64,000 nucleotides of DNA from Dendrobates tinctorius (Eukaryota), in contig NW_027361974.1 of assembly GCF_039654945.1 (NCBI RefSeq), positions 1,302,001-1,366,000 on the forward strand, read 5' to 3'. The stretch's first letter is position 1; every line of letters starts with the position of its first letter. Under the pieces are notes generated by a model. The model did no database searches. It saw only the letters and a list, made by a program, of their open reading frames with translations, and was not told the origin of the DNA. The translations under genes and the position numbers were made by a program. Shown piece after piece: positions 48,201 to 57,865 of this stretch.

Positions 48201-48317
48201 CCCTGGATTACTCACAATGCCGTGCACCTCTGCAGCTTTACTGATCAGGTCGGGCCTCTGCTTCTGGATCGCCAGGTAGAACGCGTTGTTCAGGATGTCC
48301 TCATCATACAAAGCCAT
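22505..48317 (-). CDS. ANKRD27: Ankyrin repeat domain-containing protein 27 (VARP), coding span (28 coding exons, 3351 nt, 1116 aa)
   Basis: Starts [19 protein letters not shown]; VPS9 domain ([28 protein letters not shown]); two ankyrin blocks; two CHPLCxCxxC zinc motifs; all exons GT-AG with consistent phases. Confidence 0.95.
23264..24550. mobile_element. Non-autonomous piggyBac-type element in the last ANKRD27 intron
   Basis: TTAA-CCCCTTAACGACC...GGACATTAAGGGG-TTAA; ends 16 bp from the exon 28 donor. Confidence 0.8.
24567..24636 (-). CDS. ANKRD27: ANKRD27 exon 28
   Basis: [23 protein letters not shown]; ag/gt. Confidence 0.82.
25010..25320. repeat. Minisatellite, 30-bp unit (GGGCGAGAAGCGGGCCCAGAGGCGCACACA)
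   Basis: Tandem units. Confidence 0.9.
25340..26725 (+). repeat. Tandem repeat, 81-86-bp unit (CAGCAGAATAGTGAGTGCAGCTCTGGAGTATAATACAGG...)
   Basis: ~16 units; same family in opposite orientation at 39305-39617. Confidence 0.92.
26769..26838 (-). CDS. ANKRD27: ANKRD27 exon 27
   Basis: ttcag|CATCG...CCAA|gtaagt; phases 1/2 bridge exons 26 and 28; sequence divergent. Confidence 0.7.
26960..27059 (-). CDS. ANKRD27: ANKRD27 exon 26
   Basis: NFRIQHLL...RIRKK; ag/gt. Confidence 0.8.
27482..27643 (-). CDS. ANKRD27: ANKRD27 exon 25
   Basis: [20 protein letters not shown]... Confidence 0.92.
27726..27845 (-). CDS. ANKRD27: ANKRD27 exon 24
   Basis: [27 protein letters not shown]... Confidence 0.92.
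28127..28324 (-). CDS. ANKRD27: ANKRD27 exon 23
   Basis: [13 protein letters not shown]...[13 protein letters not shown]... Confidence 0.93.
28444..28566 (-). CDS. ANKRD27: ANKRD27 exon 22
   Basis: VRYLLEW...[11 protein letters not shown]. Confidence 0.93.
28860..29333 (-). mobile_element. Tc1/mariner remnant (5' TIR plus transposase N-terminus)
   Basis: [39 protein letters not shown] resembles the Tc1 paired-like HTH; CAG...AAATAAGTATT end. Confidence 0.7.
29513..29557 (-). CDS. ANKRD27: ANKRD27 exon 21
   Basis: [15 protein letters not shown]. Confidence 0.92.
29776..29889 (-). CDS. ANKRD27: ANKRD27 exon 20
   Basis: [18 protein letters not shown]...KYKE. Confidence 0.85.
30001..30060 (-). 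CDS. ANKRD27: ANKRD27 exon 19
   Basis: [20 protein letters not shown]. Confidence 0.87.
30242..30439 (-). CDS. ANKRD27: ANKRD27 exon 18
   Basis: CVKALVYYD...[10 protein letters not shown]...ALNSK. Confidence 0.94.
30490..30985. repeat. Degenerate minisatellite (~38-40 bp, GAGAAAGCCAACGTCCCACCCCCCGAATATCCCACCC-like)
   Basis: Tandem units. Confidence 0.75.
31069..31161 (-). CDS. ANKRD27: ANKRD27 exon 17
   Basis: [31 protein letters not shown]. Confidence 0.94.
31510..31625 (-). CDS. ANKRD27: ANKRD27 exon 16
   Basis: [38 protein letters not shown]. Confidence 0.94.
31821..31903 (-). CDS. ANKRD27: ANKRD27 exon 15
   Basis: [27 protein letters not shown]. Confidence 0.94.
32164..32291 (-). CDS. 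ANKRD27: ANKRD27 exon 14
   Basis: [11 protein letters not shown]...[11 protein letters not shown]. Confidence 0.94.
32394..32483 (-). CDS. ANKRD27: ANKRD27 exon 13
   Basis: [30 protein letters not shown]. Confidence 0.9.
32556..32688 (-). CDS. ANKRD27: ANKRD27 exon 12
   Basis: [12 protein letters not shown]...[17 protein letters not shown]. Confidence 0.94.
32949..33027 (-). CDS. ANKRD27: ANKRD27 exon 11
   Basis: [25 protein letters not shown]. Confidence 0.94.
33421..33542 (-). CDS. ANKRD27: ANKRD27 exon 10
   Basis: [23 protein letters not shown]... Confidence 0.94.
33704..33780 (-). CDS. ANKRD27: ANKRD27 exon 9
   Basis: [25 protein letters not shown]. Confidence 0.94.
33940..35190. repeat. 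Compound GC-rich minisatellite (~61-bp higher-order unit built from GGACGCCACGCAGCA subunits)
   Basis: Tandem units in ANKRD27 intron 8. Confidence 0.88.
35410..35675 (+). repeat. 57-bp tandem repeat x5, each unit with CCACTAGGGGGAG
   Basis: Motif at 35432, 35489, 35546, 35603 and 35660. Confidence 0.88.
35749..35814 (-). CDS. ANKRD27: ANKRD27 exon 8
   Basis: [22 protein letters not shown]. Confidence 0.93.
35892..35945 (-). CDS. ANKRD27: ANKRD27 exon 7
   Basis: [18 protein letters not shown]. Confidence 0.93.
36048..36107 (-). CDS. ANKRD27: ANKRD27 exon 6
   Basis: [20 protein letters not shown]. Confidence 0.93.
36316..36470 (-). CDS. ANKRD27: ANKRD27 exon 5
   Basis: ...[13 protein letters not shown]...KNLRHYI. 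Confidence 0.92.
36557..36713 (-). CDS. ANKRD27: ANKRD27 exon 4
   Basis: EVFIQGN...[19 protein letters not shown]. Confidence 0.94.
36835..36945 (-). CDS. ANKRD27: ANKRD27 exon 3
   Basis: [12 protein letters not shown]...TENGR. Confidence 0.93.
36985..37178. repeat. 28-bp tandem repeat (GGGTACGCAGGAGGCRCCGGTATAATAT) x7
   Basis: Tandem units. Confidence 0.88.
37258..38822. mobile_element. Fold-back (palindromic) Tc1 element made of two inverted 5' halves
   Basis: TA-CACTGCTCA...TGAGCAGTG-TA; transposase N-terminus [28 protein letters not shown] on both strands; VLFTDESRF and GSVMVWGGI only on the minus arm. Confidence 0.88.
39305..39617 (-). repeat. 81-86-bp tandem repeat, reverse complement of the 25340-26725 array
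   Basis: ACTGATCCTGAGTTACATCCTGTATTATACCCCAGAGCTGCACTCA units. Confidence 0.9.
41622..43290 (-). pseudogene. DIRS RT/RNase H/MT-like ORF, frameshifted
   Basis: [29 protein letters not shown]; split over several ORFs. Confidence 0.82.
44958..45124. other. Assembly gap (N run)
   Basis: Run of n characters. Confidence 0.99.
46441..46708. mobile_element. Hairpin MITE (Harbinger-like)
   Basis: TIRs GGGTGAGTGCACATGCTGCGGAT / ATCCGCAGCGTGTGCACATACCC; TTA/TCA flanks. Confidence 0.72.
47365..48121. repeat. 35-bp AT-rich minisatellite (TATAACTACTATAATACTGCYCCTATGTACAAGAA)
   Basis: Tandem units. Confidence 0.93.
48216..48317 (-). CDS. ANKRD27: ANKRD27 exon 2, first coding exon (exon extends as 5' UTR to 48417)
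   Basis: [34 protein letters not shown]|gtgagt; polypyrimidine acceptor at 48418. Confidence 0.94.
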
Positions 48318-48429
48318 ATGGGCTGTCAGTTCCTTTCGGATAGCAGGGATCGGATCTCTATCATGTCTGCTCCCCCATTTCTTCTCGGTAACAGAGTGAG
48401 CCTTCGGGGAACCTCGTCTGCGCCAAAAA

Positions 48430-48462
<33 letters not shown>

Positions 48463-48779
48463 TAAAGAACATTGTCAGTTTAAAGCAGCTCCTGATATAC
48501 CGATATACAGCAGAAGGAGGTGACGCTCGGCCGTGAGGCGCAAGCAAATCTGTGTGTGGATGTGAGCGTTTCAGAGCTTAGCAGGAGGCAAACAACAAGA
48601 ACTATTGATCTCTCTGCCCGGGGTTTCCCCCGATGTCCCGGTTAGTCCTAGATACTTTGCCAAATTTTTAAACATTTTCTAGAAACAGCTGCAACAGCCG
48701 AAAGGTAAAGTCAGAGAACGCTGCGACCTCCGCCTCCGAGCAATCAGTGGAGCGCATCATAATCCGTGCAGAACAGGAC

Positions 48780-49450
48780 AGCCCCCTCCCCCTAATGCAA
48801 CCGCACCGCAGGCAGCCCCCTCCACCAACGCAACCGCGACACAGGCAGCCCCCTCCCCCAACGCAACAGCGTCGCAGGCAGCCCCCTCCCCCAACGCAAC
48901 CACACTGCAAGCAGCCCCCTCCCCCCAACGCAACAGCACCGCAGGCAGCCCCTTCCCCCAACGCAACAGCGCCGCAGGCAGCCCCTTCCCCCAACGCAAC
49001 AGCGCCGCAGGCAGCCCTTTCCCCCAACGCAACAGCGCCGCAGGCAGCCCTTTCCCCCAACGCAACAGCGCCGCAGGCAGCCCCCACCCCCCAACGCAAC
49101 AGCAACGCAGGCAGCCCCCTCCGCCAATGCAACTGTGCTGCAGGCAGCCCCCGACGCAACCACGTTGCAGGCAGCTCCCTCCCCCAACACACCCGTGCCA
49201 CAGGCAGCTCCCTCCCCCAACACACCCGTGCCACAGGCAGCTCCCTCCCCCAACACAACCGTGCCACAGGCAGCTCCCTCCCCCAACACAACCGTGCCAC
49301 AGGCAGCTCCCTCCCCCAACACAACCGTGCCACAGGCAGCTCCCTCCCCCAACGCAAGCACCCAGCAGCGCCCCCCCTCCCCCAATGTAACCGCCTCAGA
49401 GGCAGCCCCTCCCCCAATGCAGCCACGCCACAGGCAGCCTCCTCCCCCAA
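48780..49450. repeat. ~33-bp minisatellite (CAACGCAACAGCGCCGCAGGCAGCCCCTCCCC-like)
   Basis: Tandem units. Confidence 0.85.
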
Positions 49451-51711
49451 TGTAAATGATCTGTTAACATAGGGAGATCAGTGCCCTGCCCAACTGAGAA
49501 TCTGCCTCCAGAGATTATTGTAAATGACAGGGGGAGTTGCCAGTGTGACATGTAATGACTGACAGTCTGCTCTCCTGATCTACACGACTTTTACTTACAA
49601 TAATCTCTGGAGGCAGGTTCTCGGGGAGATCTATGTCCGGCCCATAGATCTTAACACCTCATTTACATGTTAAGAAAAACAAATTAATTTCTCAGGAATA
49701 AACACATCAGATCGCAGATATCAAGGAATCATTTTATTCAGCTTCCCATGTCCTACACGCCCACATAGAGGAGTTAGGAGGGCTAATCCTACTGACCGAT
49801 TTTCTTTAAGACAAGTGGCGCCTGTTCCGCTGTGTAATGACTCTAATGGAGAGCTTACTCTGCAGATCAGCGGCTCATTGCCCACACCGCACAGAGAATG
49901 TTTGGTGTCCCTCCCAGCATGCACTGCAGCGGCCCCTCTAGCAGTTGGGACTAAGCGATTTACGTATTGGACTGATCATTGATTGTCTTTTTTTTTCTTG
50001 CTGTGTTTGCAAAGAGTAAAACAAATTTATTAAAGTTCTTGGTCAACAAGATCTACTCTGAAATTCCAGAGCTGTGCAGTTAAAGGAAACTTCTTATCAG
50101 GCAAGTGCTCTATTGGGAATAACTATGCCCAATAAGTGGCCTCTGAGAGCCGAGCAGGAGGACAAAAAGATAGAAAAGTGAGCCCCATCTGTATACTCCA
50201 GGTAAAAGTATTATTCTACTAGACTGGCTCCTAGTGGGAGGGGCATTTAAAGCAAACCAATTTCAAGCATTCTGATTGGTCAGATTTAAAATAACAGTCC
50301 GTAAACTTAGAATAGAAGGCTGTGGGGAAAAGTTTAGGGATACTTTAATTACACACGCACTGGCCACCATGCTTTACACTGCAGCTGAGAGAGAGAGACA
50401 CAGAGAGAGACACAGAGTTTATTGACGACCAATTTGTGTGCTAAACATCCTATTTCACAAATTCCTAGATGATAACGTGTGATTGCTGGTGGTCGGACGG
50501 CTTCAAACCATATAAGGAAAAAAAAAAAATTTCAAAAATTATGCAGAAGTATTTTAAAGGGTCTAATCGAAAATGGATTGATGCCAAGAAGGTAAATGTA
50601 ACCTCTAGCCAAAGCATCCGATTCACAGGAATGACATTCACAAAGGAAATCTCTAATAATGATCCACTATTAAAAAAAAAAAAAAAAAGCTGCGGAGTGA
50701 CGCCGCTTCCTTGTGCCTGCCACAGACCAGATGGCCGGAGGGAAGTAGGTTATTTGGTTGATCGGCCTTTTTGTTTTTGGGGAGGGGGTAGGAGATTTCA
50801 CATGGCAAATAACTAGCTGTAAGCCTCTTACTGCCGGCACGAGCGCAGCGGTCACAGAATGGGGACAATTTCTAGCCACTATGACCCCAATTAACAGAGA
50901 CCCAAAAAGCATTGTTTTTTTCTATTGTCAATGGGACTTGATTCCATCCCAGAAACCAAAGGGTTAACCGTCACAAGTCATTTCGATAGATGGACGGAAG
51001 AAAAGCTTCCATCCGCGGAGATCACCTAAGTTTGAGACTTAAGAATTCCACAGAAAAAGAGAAGCATTTGTCGGGGCTCGGGGGGAGGAGGAGAACGGCC
51101 AGTAGGGATTTTTCTTTTTTTTATTTTTAATTAAAAGCTGTGAAAAAAAAAAAAATGTATTTTTCATCCAGAGAAAGCAGAAGAGGTAACCCTGCAATCA
51201 TGTAGTGCTTGAGAACATACGAGCCGACATGCTGGGAGTTGTAGTCTCGGGAGACGCACGGAGTGCAGACCTGCTGTCATTGGATCCAGGATCCTCCTAG
51301 TATGCTACAATGTATCAGTGTGGAGTCAAGAAGATACAATTGGGGAGAAGCTTCTCCTGCCACAAACAAGCAGCATCTTCACCACCAGCATTCATCAGCA
51401 CTGGAATTAGTGGGCAGGCTTCCCCGCGGCCTGACATGCCCCCTCCTCAAGAAGTTGTCGGAGCCGGCCGGGACTGGTGTACAAATGGTAAAAGCTGCAG
51501 CACCTTAGAGCCAGGGAAACATTCTGCTACATTTCAACTATTTGATGAATCAGGGCGGAATATATCAGAAAGTTGCAGAACTTTATATTACTTTCTGAAA
51601 TTGCTGTCACTTCCCAGTTTGGTGGTTTCTTAGGCCATTGTCCAATAGCATGTCTGCCCAGAAATAAAAGCCAATCTCTCTGTTCAGCCTGTATAGAGAC
51701 TGGAAAGCAGG

Positions 51712-51828
51712 ATAATAATTTATTTTTATATAGCGCTAACATATTCCGCAGCGCTTTACAGGTTGCACACATTATCATCACCGTCCCCGATGGGGCTCAC
51801 AATCTAAATTCCCTATCTGTATGTCTTT
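51712..51828 (-). mobile_element. 3' fragment of a SINE/L2-tailed retroposon
   Basis: Minus strand TGTAAAGCGCTGCGGAATATGTTAGCGCTATATAAAAATAAA followed by TTA repeats, typical of an L2-type 3' end (recognised from memory). Confidence 0.55.
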
Positions 51829-51944
51829 TAGGATAAAAAAGATCGAGCCCTCGCTCCCTCAACTTCCAGCATCAGTGCGACCGATCCCCTAATGCTCCTT
51901 CTGATACAAACACCGATTCACCCCTCCCCCCAACCTCTGGTAAA

Positions 51945-52745
51945 TACACTGATCCACCCCCCACAACCCGTCTTACGGTACAGACACTGATCCACCCCCC
52001 ACAACCCGTCTTACGGTACAGACACTGATCCATCCATCCCCCCCCATCTTCCGATACAGACACTGATCCACCCCCCCCCCCATCTTCCGGTACAGACACT
52101 GATCCCCCCCCCCCCCCATCTTCCGGTACAGACACTGATCCCACCCCCCCCCCCATCTTCCGGTACAGACTCTGATCCATCCCCCCCATCTTCCGGTACA
52201 GACTCTGATCCATCCCCCCCATCTTCCGGTACAGACTCTGATCCATCCCCCCCATCTTCCGGTACAGACTCTGATCCATCCCCCCCCCCCCCATCTTCCG
52301 GTACAGACTCTGATCCATCCCCCCCCCCCCCATCTTCCGGTACAGACTCTGATCCATTCCCCCCCCCCCCCATCTTCCGGTACAGACTCTGATCCATCCC
52401 CCCCCCCCCCCCCCATCTTCCGGTACAGACTCTGATCCATCCCCCCCCCCCCCCCATCTTCCGGTACAGACTCTGATCCATCCCCCCCCCCCCCCATCTT
52501 CCGGTACAGACTCTGATCCATCCCCCCCCCCCCCCATCTTCCGGTACAGACTCTGATCCATCCCCCCCCCCCCCCCCATCTTCCGGTACAGACTCTGATC
52601 CATCCCCCCCCCCCCCCCCCCCCCCATCTTCCGGTACAGACTCTGATCCATCCCCCCCCATCTTCCGGTACAGAGTCTGTTCCATCCCCCCCATCTTCCG
52701 GTACAGAGTCTGTTCCATCTCTCCATCTTCCGGTACAGACACTGA
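51945..52745. repeat. Minisatellite CATCTTCCGGTACAGACTCTGATCCAT plus a variable poly-C tract
   Basis: Tandem units. Confidence 0.9.
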
Positions 52746-53279
52746 CCCCCTACCCAGCTGCAGATCCCATGTACTAAAGCCTTACGGTCAGGATACATGT
52801 AATTCGCAGGCAGACATCCTACGCGTGCACCACGTAGATGAGCCACGCTGGCTGCGCTGACCCATTAAAGGCTGCACTTCAATGGCGCTTCCCTTGGCGC
52901 AACACAAAGGATAAATTATTTACACCCCTGAACTCCCATAATCCCCTGCGCCACTGACCCATTTGACAGAGAGGAAAAAAAATGACTTTCACAAGCTAAA
53001 TATTTTACGCCTCCAGTCAAAAATAGAAGAGTGAAAAGAGGGCAAAGAAAAAAAAAAAAAAAAAAAGGGAGAGAAGGCGAAACCGTGTTATGAGGAAGAG
53101 CCAGGATGCCGTACACCGACGCCATTACATTTCTTTTTTGCCCCAGAGCATAATAATTCAGGAACAGAATGCCAGAACGGCAGTGTAGACCGACACATGG
53201 AAAATTACACAAGGCGTCCATGGGGCACTGTATGGTGCAGTATATGGGTGCTACAATGCTCTATGTATATAACATTGCA

Positions 53280-55815
53280 TAATAACGGGGCACAGCATGG
53301 CCCCATCTACTGTACAGGGTAATAACGGGGCACAGCACGGCCCCATCTACTGTACAGGGTAATAACGGGGCACAGCACGGCCCCATCCACTGCACGACGC
53401 GGGGTAATAACGGGGCACAGCACGGCCCCAGCCACTGTACGGCGCGGGGTAATAACGGGGCACAGCACGGCCCCAGCCACTGTACGGCGCGGGGTAATAA
53501 CGGGGCACAGCACGGCCCCAGCCACTGTACAGGGTAATAACGGGGCACAGCACGGCCCCAGCCACTGTACGGCGCGGGGTAATAACGGGGCACAGCACGG
53601 CCCCAGCCACTGTACGGCGCGGGGTAATAACGGGGCACAGCACGGCCCCAGCCACTGTACGGCGCGGGGTAATAACGGGGCACAGCACGGCCCCAGCCAC
53701 TGTACGGCGCGGGGTAATAACGGGGCACAGCACGGCCCCAGCCACTGTACGGCGCGGGGTAATAACGGGGCACAGCACGGCCCCAGCCACTGTACGGCGC
53801 GGGGTAATAACGGGGCACAGTACGGCCCCAGCCACTGTACGGCGCGGGGTAATAACGGGGCACAGTACGGCCCCAGCCACTGTACGGCGCGGGGTAATAA
53901 CGGGGCACAGTACGGCCCCAGCCACTGTACGGAGCGGGGTAATAACGGGGCACAGTACGGCCCCAGCCACTGTACGGCGCGGGGTAATAACGGGGCACAG
54001 TACGGCCCCAGCCACTGTACGGCGCGGGGTAATAACGGGGCACAGTACGGCCCCAGCCACTGTACGGCGCGGGGTAATAACGGGGCACAGTACGGCCCCA
54101 GCCACTGTACGGCGCGGGGTAATAACGGGGCACAGTACGGCCCCATCCACTGTACGGTGCGGGGTAATAACGGGGCACAGCACGGCCCCAGCCACTGTAC
54201 GGCGCGGGGTAATAACGGGGCACAGCACGGCTCCATCCACTGTACGGCGCGGGGTAATAACGGGGCACAGCACGGCCCCATCCACTGTACGGCGCGGGGT
54301 AATAACGGGGCACAGCACGGCCCCAGCCACTGTACGGCGCGGGGTAATAACGGGGCGGGGTAATAACGGGGCACAGCACGGCCCCAGCCACTGTACGGCG
54401 CGGGGTAATAACGGGGCACAGTACGGCCCCAGCCACTGTACGGCGCGGGGTAATAACGGGGCACAGTACGGCCCCAGCCACTGTACGGCGCGGGGTAATA
54501 ACGGGGCACAGTACGGCCCCAGCCACTGTACGGCGCGGGGTAATAACGGGGCACAGTACGGCCCCAGCCACTGTACGGCGCGGGGTAATAACGGGGCACA
54601 GTACGGCCCCAGCCACTGTACGGCGCGGGGTAATAACGGGGCACAGTACGGCCCCAGCCACTGTACGGCGCGGGGTAATAACGGGGCACAGCACGGCCCC
54701 AGCCACTGTACGGCGCGGGGTAATAACGGGGCACAGCACGGCCCCAGCCACTGTACGGTGCGGGGTAATAACGGGGCACAGCACGGCTCCATCCACTGTA
54801 CGGCGCGGGGTAATAACGGGGCACAGCACGGCTCCATCCACTGTACGGCGCGGGGTAATAACGGGGCACAGCACGGCCCCATCCACTGTACGGCGCGGGG
54901 TAATAACGGGGCACAGTACGGCCCCAGCCACTGTACGGCGCGGGGTAATAACGGGGCACAGCACGGCCCCATCCACTGTACGGCGCGGGGTAATAACGGG
55001 GCACAGTACGGCCCCAGCCACTGTACGGCGCGGGGTAATAACGGGGCACAGCACGGCCCCAGCCACTGTACGGCGCGGGGTAATAACGGGGCACAGCACG
55101 GCTCCATCCACTGTACGGCGCGGGGTAATAACGGGGCACAGTACGGCTCCATCCACTGTACGGCGCGGGGTAATAACGGGGCACAGTACGGCCCCATCCA
55201 CTGTACGGCGCGGGGTAATAACGGGGCACAGTACGGCCCCAGCCACTGTACGGCGCGGGGTAATAACGGGGCACAGCACGGCCCCAGCCACTGTACGGCG
55301 CGGGGTAATAACGGGGCACAGTACGGCCCCAGCCACTGTACGGTGCGGGGTAATAACGGGGCACAGTACGGCTCCAGCCACTGTACGGCGCGGGGTAATA
55401 ACGGGGCACAGCACGGCTCCATCCACTGTACGGCGCGGGGTAATAACGGGGCACAGTACGGCCCCAGCCACTGTACGGCGCGGGGTAATAACGGGGCACA
55501 GTACGGCCCCAGCCACTGTACGGCGCGGGGTAATAACGGGGCACAGTACGGCTCCAGCCACTGTACGGCGCGGGGTAATAACGGGGCACAGCACGGCTCC
55601 ATCCACTGTACGGCGCGGGGTAATAACGGGGCACAGTACGGCCCCAGCCACTGTACGGTGCGGGGTAATAACGGGGCACAGTACGGCTCCATCCACTGTA
55701 CGGCGCGGGGTAATAACGGGGCACAGTACGGCTCCATCCACTGTACGGCGCGGGGTAATAACGGGGCACAGCACAGCCCCAGCCACTGTACGGTGTGGGG
55801 TAATAACAGGGCACA
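53280..55815. repeat. 45-bp CpG-rich minisatellite (GGGGTAATAACGGGGCACAGYACGGCCCCAGCCACTGTACGGCGC), ~56 units, ANKRD27 intron 1
   Basis: Tandem units. Confidence 0.95.
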
Positions 55816-56205
55816 GAGGCAGCACTCTACAGTAGATGGGGCCACACTGTGCCTGCACCCTCCTGACAATTAGCCCATGGGGTTAAGCAGCCATTATCAC
55901 GGCTAGCTTCGCTGTGAACGGGTTAAGAAAGCGGTATTCCCCCCTCACTTATGCGGCTCTTTCCATTCACTTCCATGGTTGTGGCACAGCTACAACTAGC
56001 AGGACCAGAGAACTAAATGTCTGTGCATGCTGGGAGCTGTAGTGCTAAAACGCCACAGAGCCCTTGACCCCGCCCTTGGGACACCCTCTAGCACTGGGAC
56101 CACTTTGAATTTTGCTCCGTCACATGACCCTTAAAGTAACAGGTCACAAGCAGCCTAGAACAAAACAACAACCATTATCTAGAGAAGGAAAGTTCCCGTA
56201 CTCAC

Positions 56206-56290
56206 TCAGCACGGACACAACCCGGCGGCCGCTCCTCAGGACGAGCCGCTCTCCTCTCTACCCGGTCCCAAGAGCAGCACAGCACCGAGC
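56206..56290 (-). other. ANKRD27: Putative non-coding exon 1 of ANKRD27
   Basis: Strong donor (|gtgagtac at 56205) in CpG-rich sequence just downstream of promoter motifs; TSS approximate. Confidence 0.6.
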
Positions 56291-56309
56291 AGAGAGGACA
56301 ACACTGCCG

Positions 56310-56460
56310 ACAGCCAATCACTACGCGTCTCAACTTAACTGACACTCCTCTTATCCAATCAAAATGCGACAGGGGCGGTTCCGTCAAAATGCTGAGCCGT
56401 TTGAGGGCGTTAACGCAGTGACGTCACTGACACGCAAGTGAGGGCGGCCATCTTTGACTC
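56310..56460. promoter_or_regulatory. Candidate bidirectional promoter ANKRD27/RGS9BP
   Basis: CCAAT at 56314 and 56355; GC box 56372; CRE within the palindrome CAGTGACGTCACTG 56416-56429; YY1-like GCGGCCATCTTT 56444. Confidence 0.65.
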
Positions 56461-57148
56461 TGGAAAACGGATTTTTTTTATTTTGTAATAAAATAGGTTA
56501 AAATGAAGTATTTTCTCATGTATTTATGATGAGAGGAGTATTTATCATGGACAAAGTCAGATATAAGAATAGTGTATTATTTCAGTAGTCATTCTCACAA
56601 TCTGAGAGTAGGAGAGTAATAATTAAATCACTACTAAAAACTAAATGGAAGGGTGTTAGGAAAGGTATGCATTTGTATACATGCTTCAAGTGAAAAGTTG
56701 ACAGTGAGCCATTTTGCCCACAACAAAGATGGCGGCTGCAGCGTTATTCTGAGGCCTCATGCTCCCTCCTCTCTGGTGAGTGTTGTCCTCACGTGACTCC
56801 TGCAGGTGGTGACTATTCCAGGCTGTGCAGAGCTGAGAGCAGGATGTGTGGACAGCTCCAGGAGGATGCAAGAATGAAGATCTGTGGGATGGATGCAGTG
56901 GTAGACTTACGCCCTATTTAAAAGGAGATTATTGAGATTTGGAAATTTGCATCTGGAGATTTTTGTAGAACCAAAAAATAGCACTGACTATTGGATGCCC
57001 TGCAGACAGACCATTTTGTCCCTCCACTGCCAAAAGATGCAGAACTTCCAGGACATTCCCATAAATATCCTCTGGACGGAGTCCCATCCCCTCCTACGTG
57101 TTTGAGGGTTCCTCCGGTTTCCTCATCGCTTGGGATTGCAGGGTTGAG

Positions 57149-57865
57149 ATGTTGAAGGAGGAGGGCAAGGCGTTACTGGATGCTCTGAATAGGGTGACGG
57201 CATGCTACAGACATCTGGTCCTCACCATCGGTGGCACCTCCGACTCCCAAAACCTACGGGAAGAGCTGAAGAAGACTCGGCAGAAAGCCCAGGAGTTGGC
57301 GGTGGCCAATAGGAACAATCTGACCAGCACCCTCAAAGACACCAGTCTCAGCAAAGAGGACAAGGCTGAGTTTGAGAGGCTGTGGGTCATCTTCTCAACA
57401 TGCATGGACCTCCTAGAGACGGACATGAGACGAGCTCTGGAACTTGGGCATGAGTTCCCGTTAAACATCCCCAAAAAGCACCTCATACAGTCCGGCATGA
57501 GTGGTGGCACCTCAGGGGTGGCCGCCAGAGCCATGAGCGTCCAGACCATGAAATACGATGGGGATCACAACATAGATGTGATGGACCTCAAGGACCTGGA
57601 GAACGAGATCCGACTGGTGGATGAGATGATGCACGAGATGGAAATGAAAGTTGGGGTTCCTCAATGGACAGTGGAAGCCAAGCAGAACCCAGGGGCTGAA
57701 CTCAGGTGTGCGACCAGTGGCGGCGGGGCCTTGTCACCTGGCACCATATCTACAGACGAGCACAAGGCGATTTGTGATCTGAGTAGACTTTTGGCCGGGG
57801 TGGTCTTCAGTGCCGTCCTAATTATTGCCATCGTACTGGCCGTCTGTGTGGTCAAACTTTCATGA
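57149..57865 (+). CDS. RGS9BP: Regulator of G-protein signaling 9-binding protein (R9AP), 238 aa, intronless CDS
   Basis: [52 protein letters not shown]...EFERLWV...[14 protein letters not shown]...C-terminal [12 protein letters not shown]; synteny. Confidence 0.95.
   Translation: MLKEEGKALLDALNRVTACYRHLVLTIGGTSDSQNLREELKKTRQKAQELAVANRNNLTSTLKDTSLSKEDKAEFERLWVIFSTCMDLLETDMRRALELGHEFPLNIPKKHLIQSGMSGGTSGVAARAMSVQTMKYDGDHNIDVMDLKDLENEIRLVDEMMHEMEMKVGVPQWTVEAKQNPGAELRCATSGGGALSPGTISTDEHKAICDLSRLLAGVVFSAVLIIAIVLAVCVVKLS

Noticed and set aside
49470-49810. Possible T2/Kolobok-type MITE end (...CTGACCGATTTTCTTTAA)
   Set aside because: No matching opposite end found, so boundaries are unsupported
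53261-55873. 800+-aa repetitive ORFs (PRYYPAPYSGWGRAV etc.)
   Set aside because: 45-bp tandem unit open in several frames at once; intronic; no splice or codon evidence
57098-57148. GTG-initiated N-terminal extension of RGS9BP
   Set aside because: Homology begins at ATG 57149; the extension comes from the ORF caller allowing alternative starts
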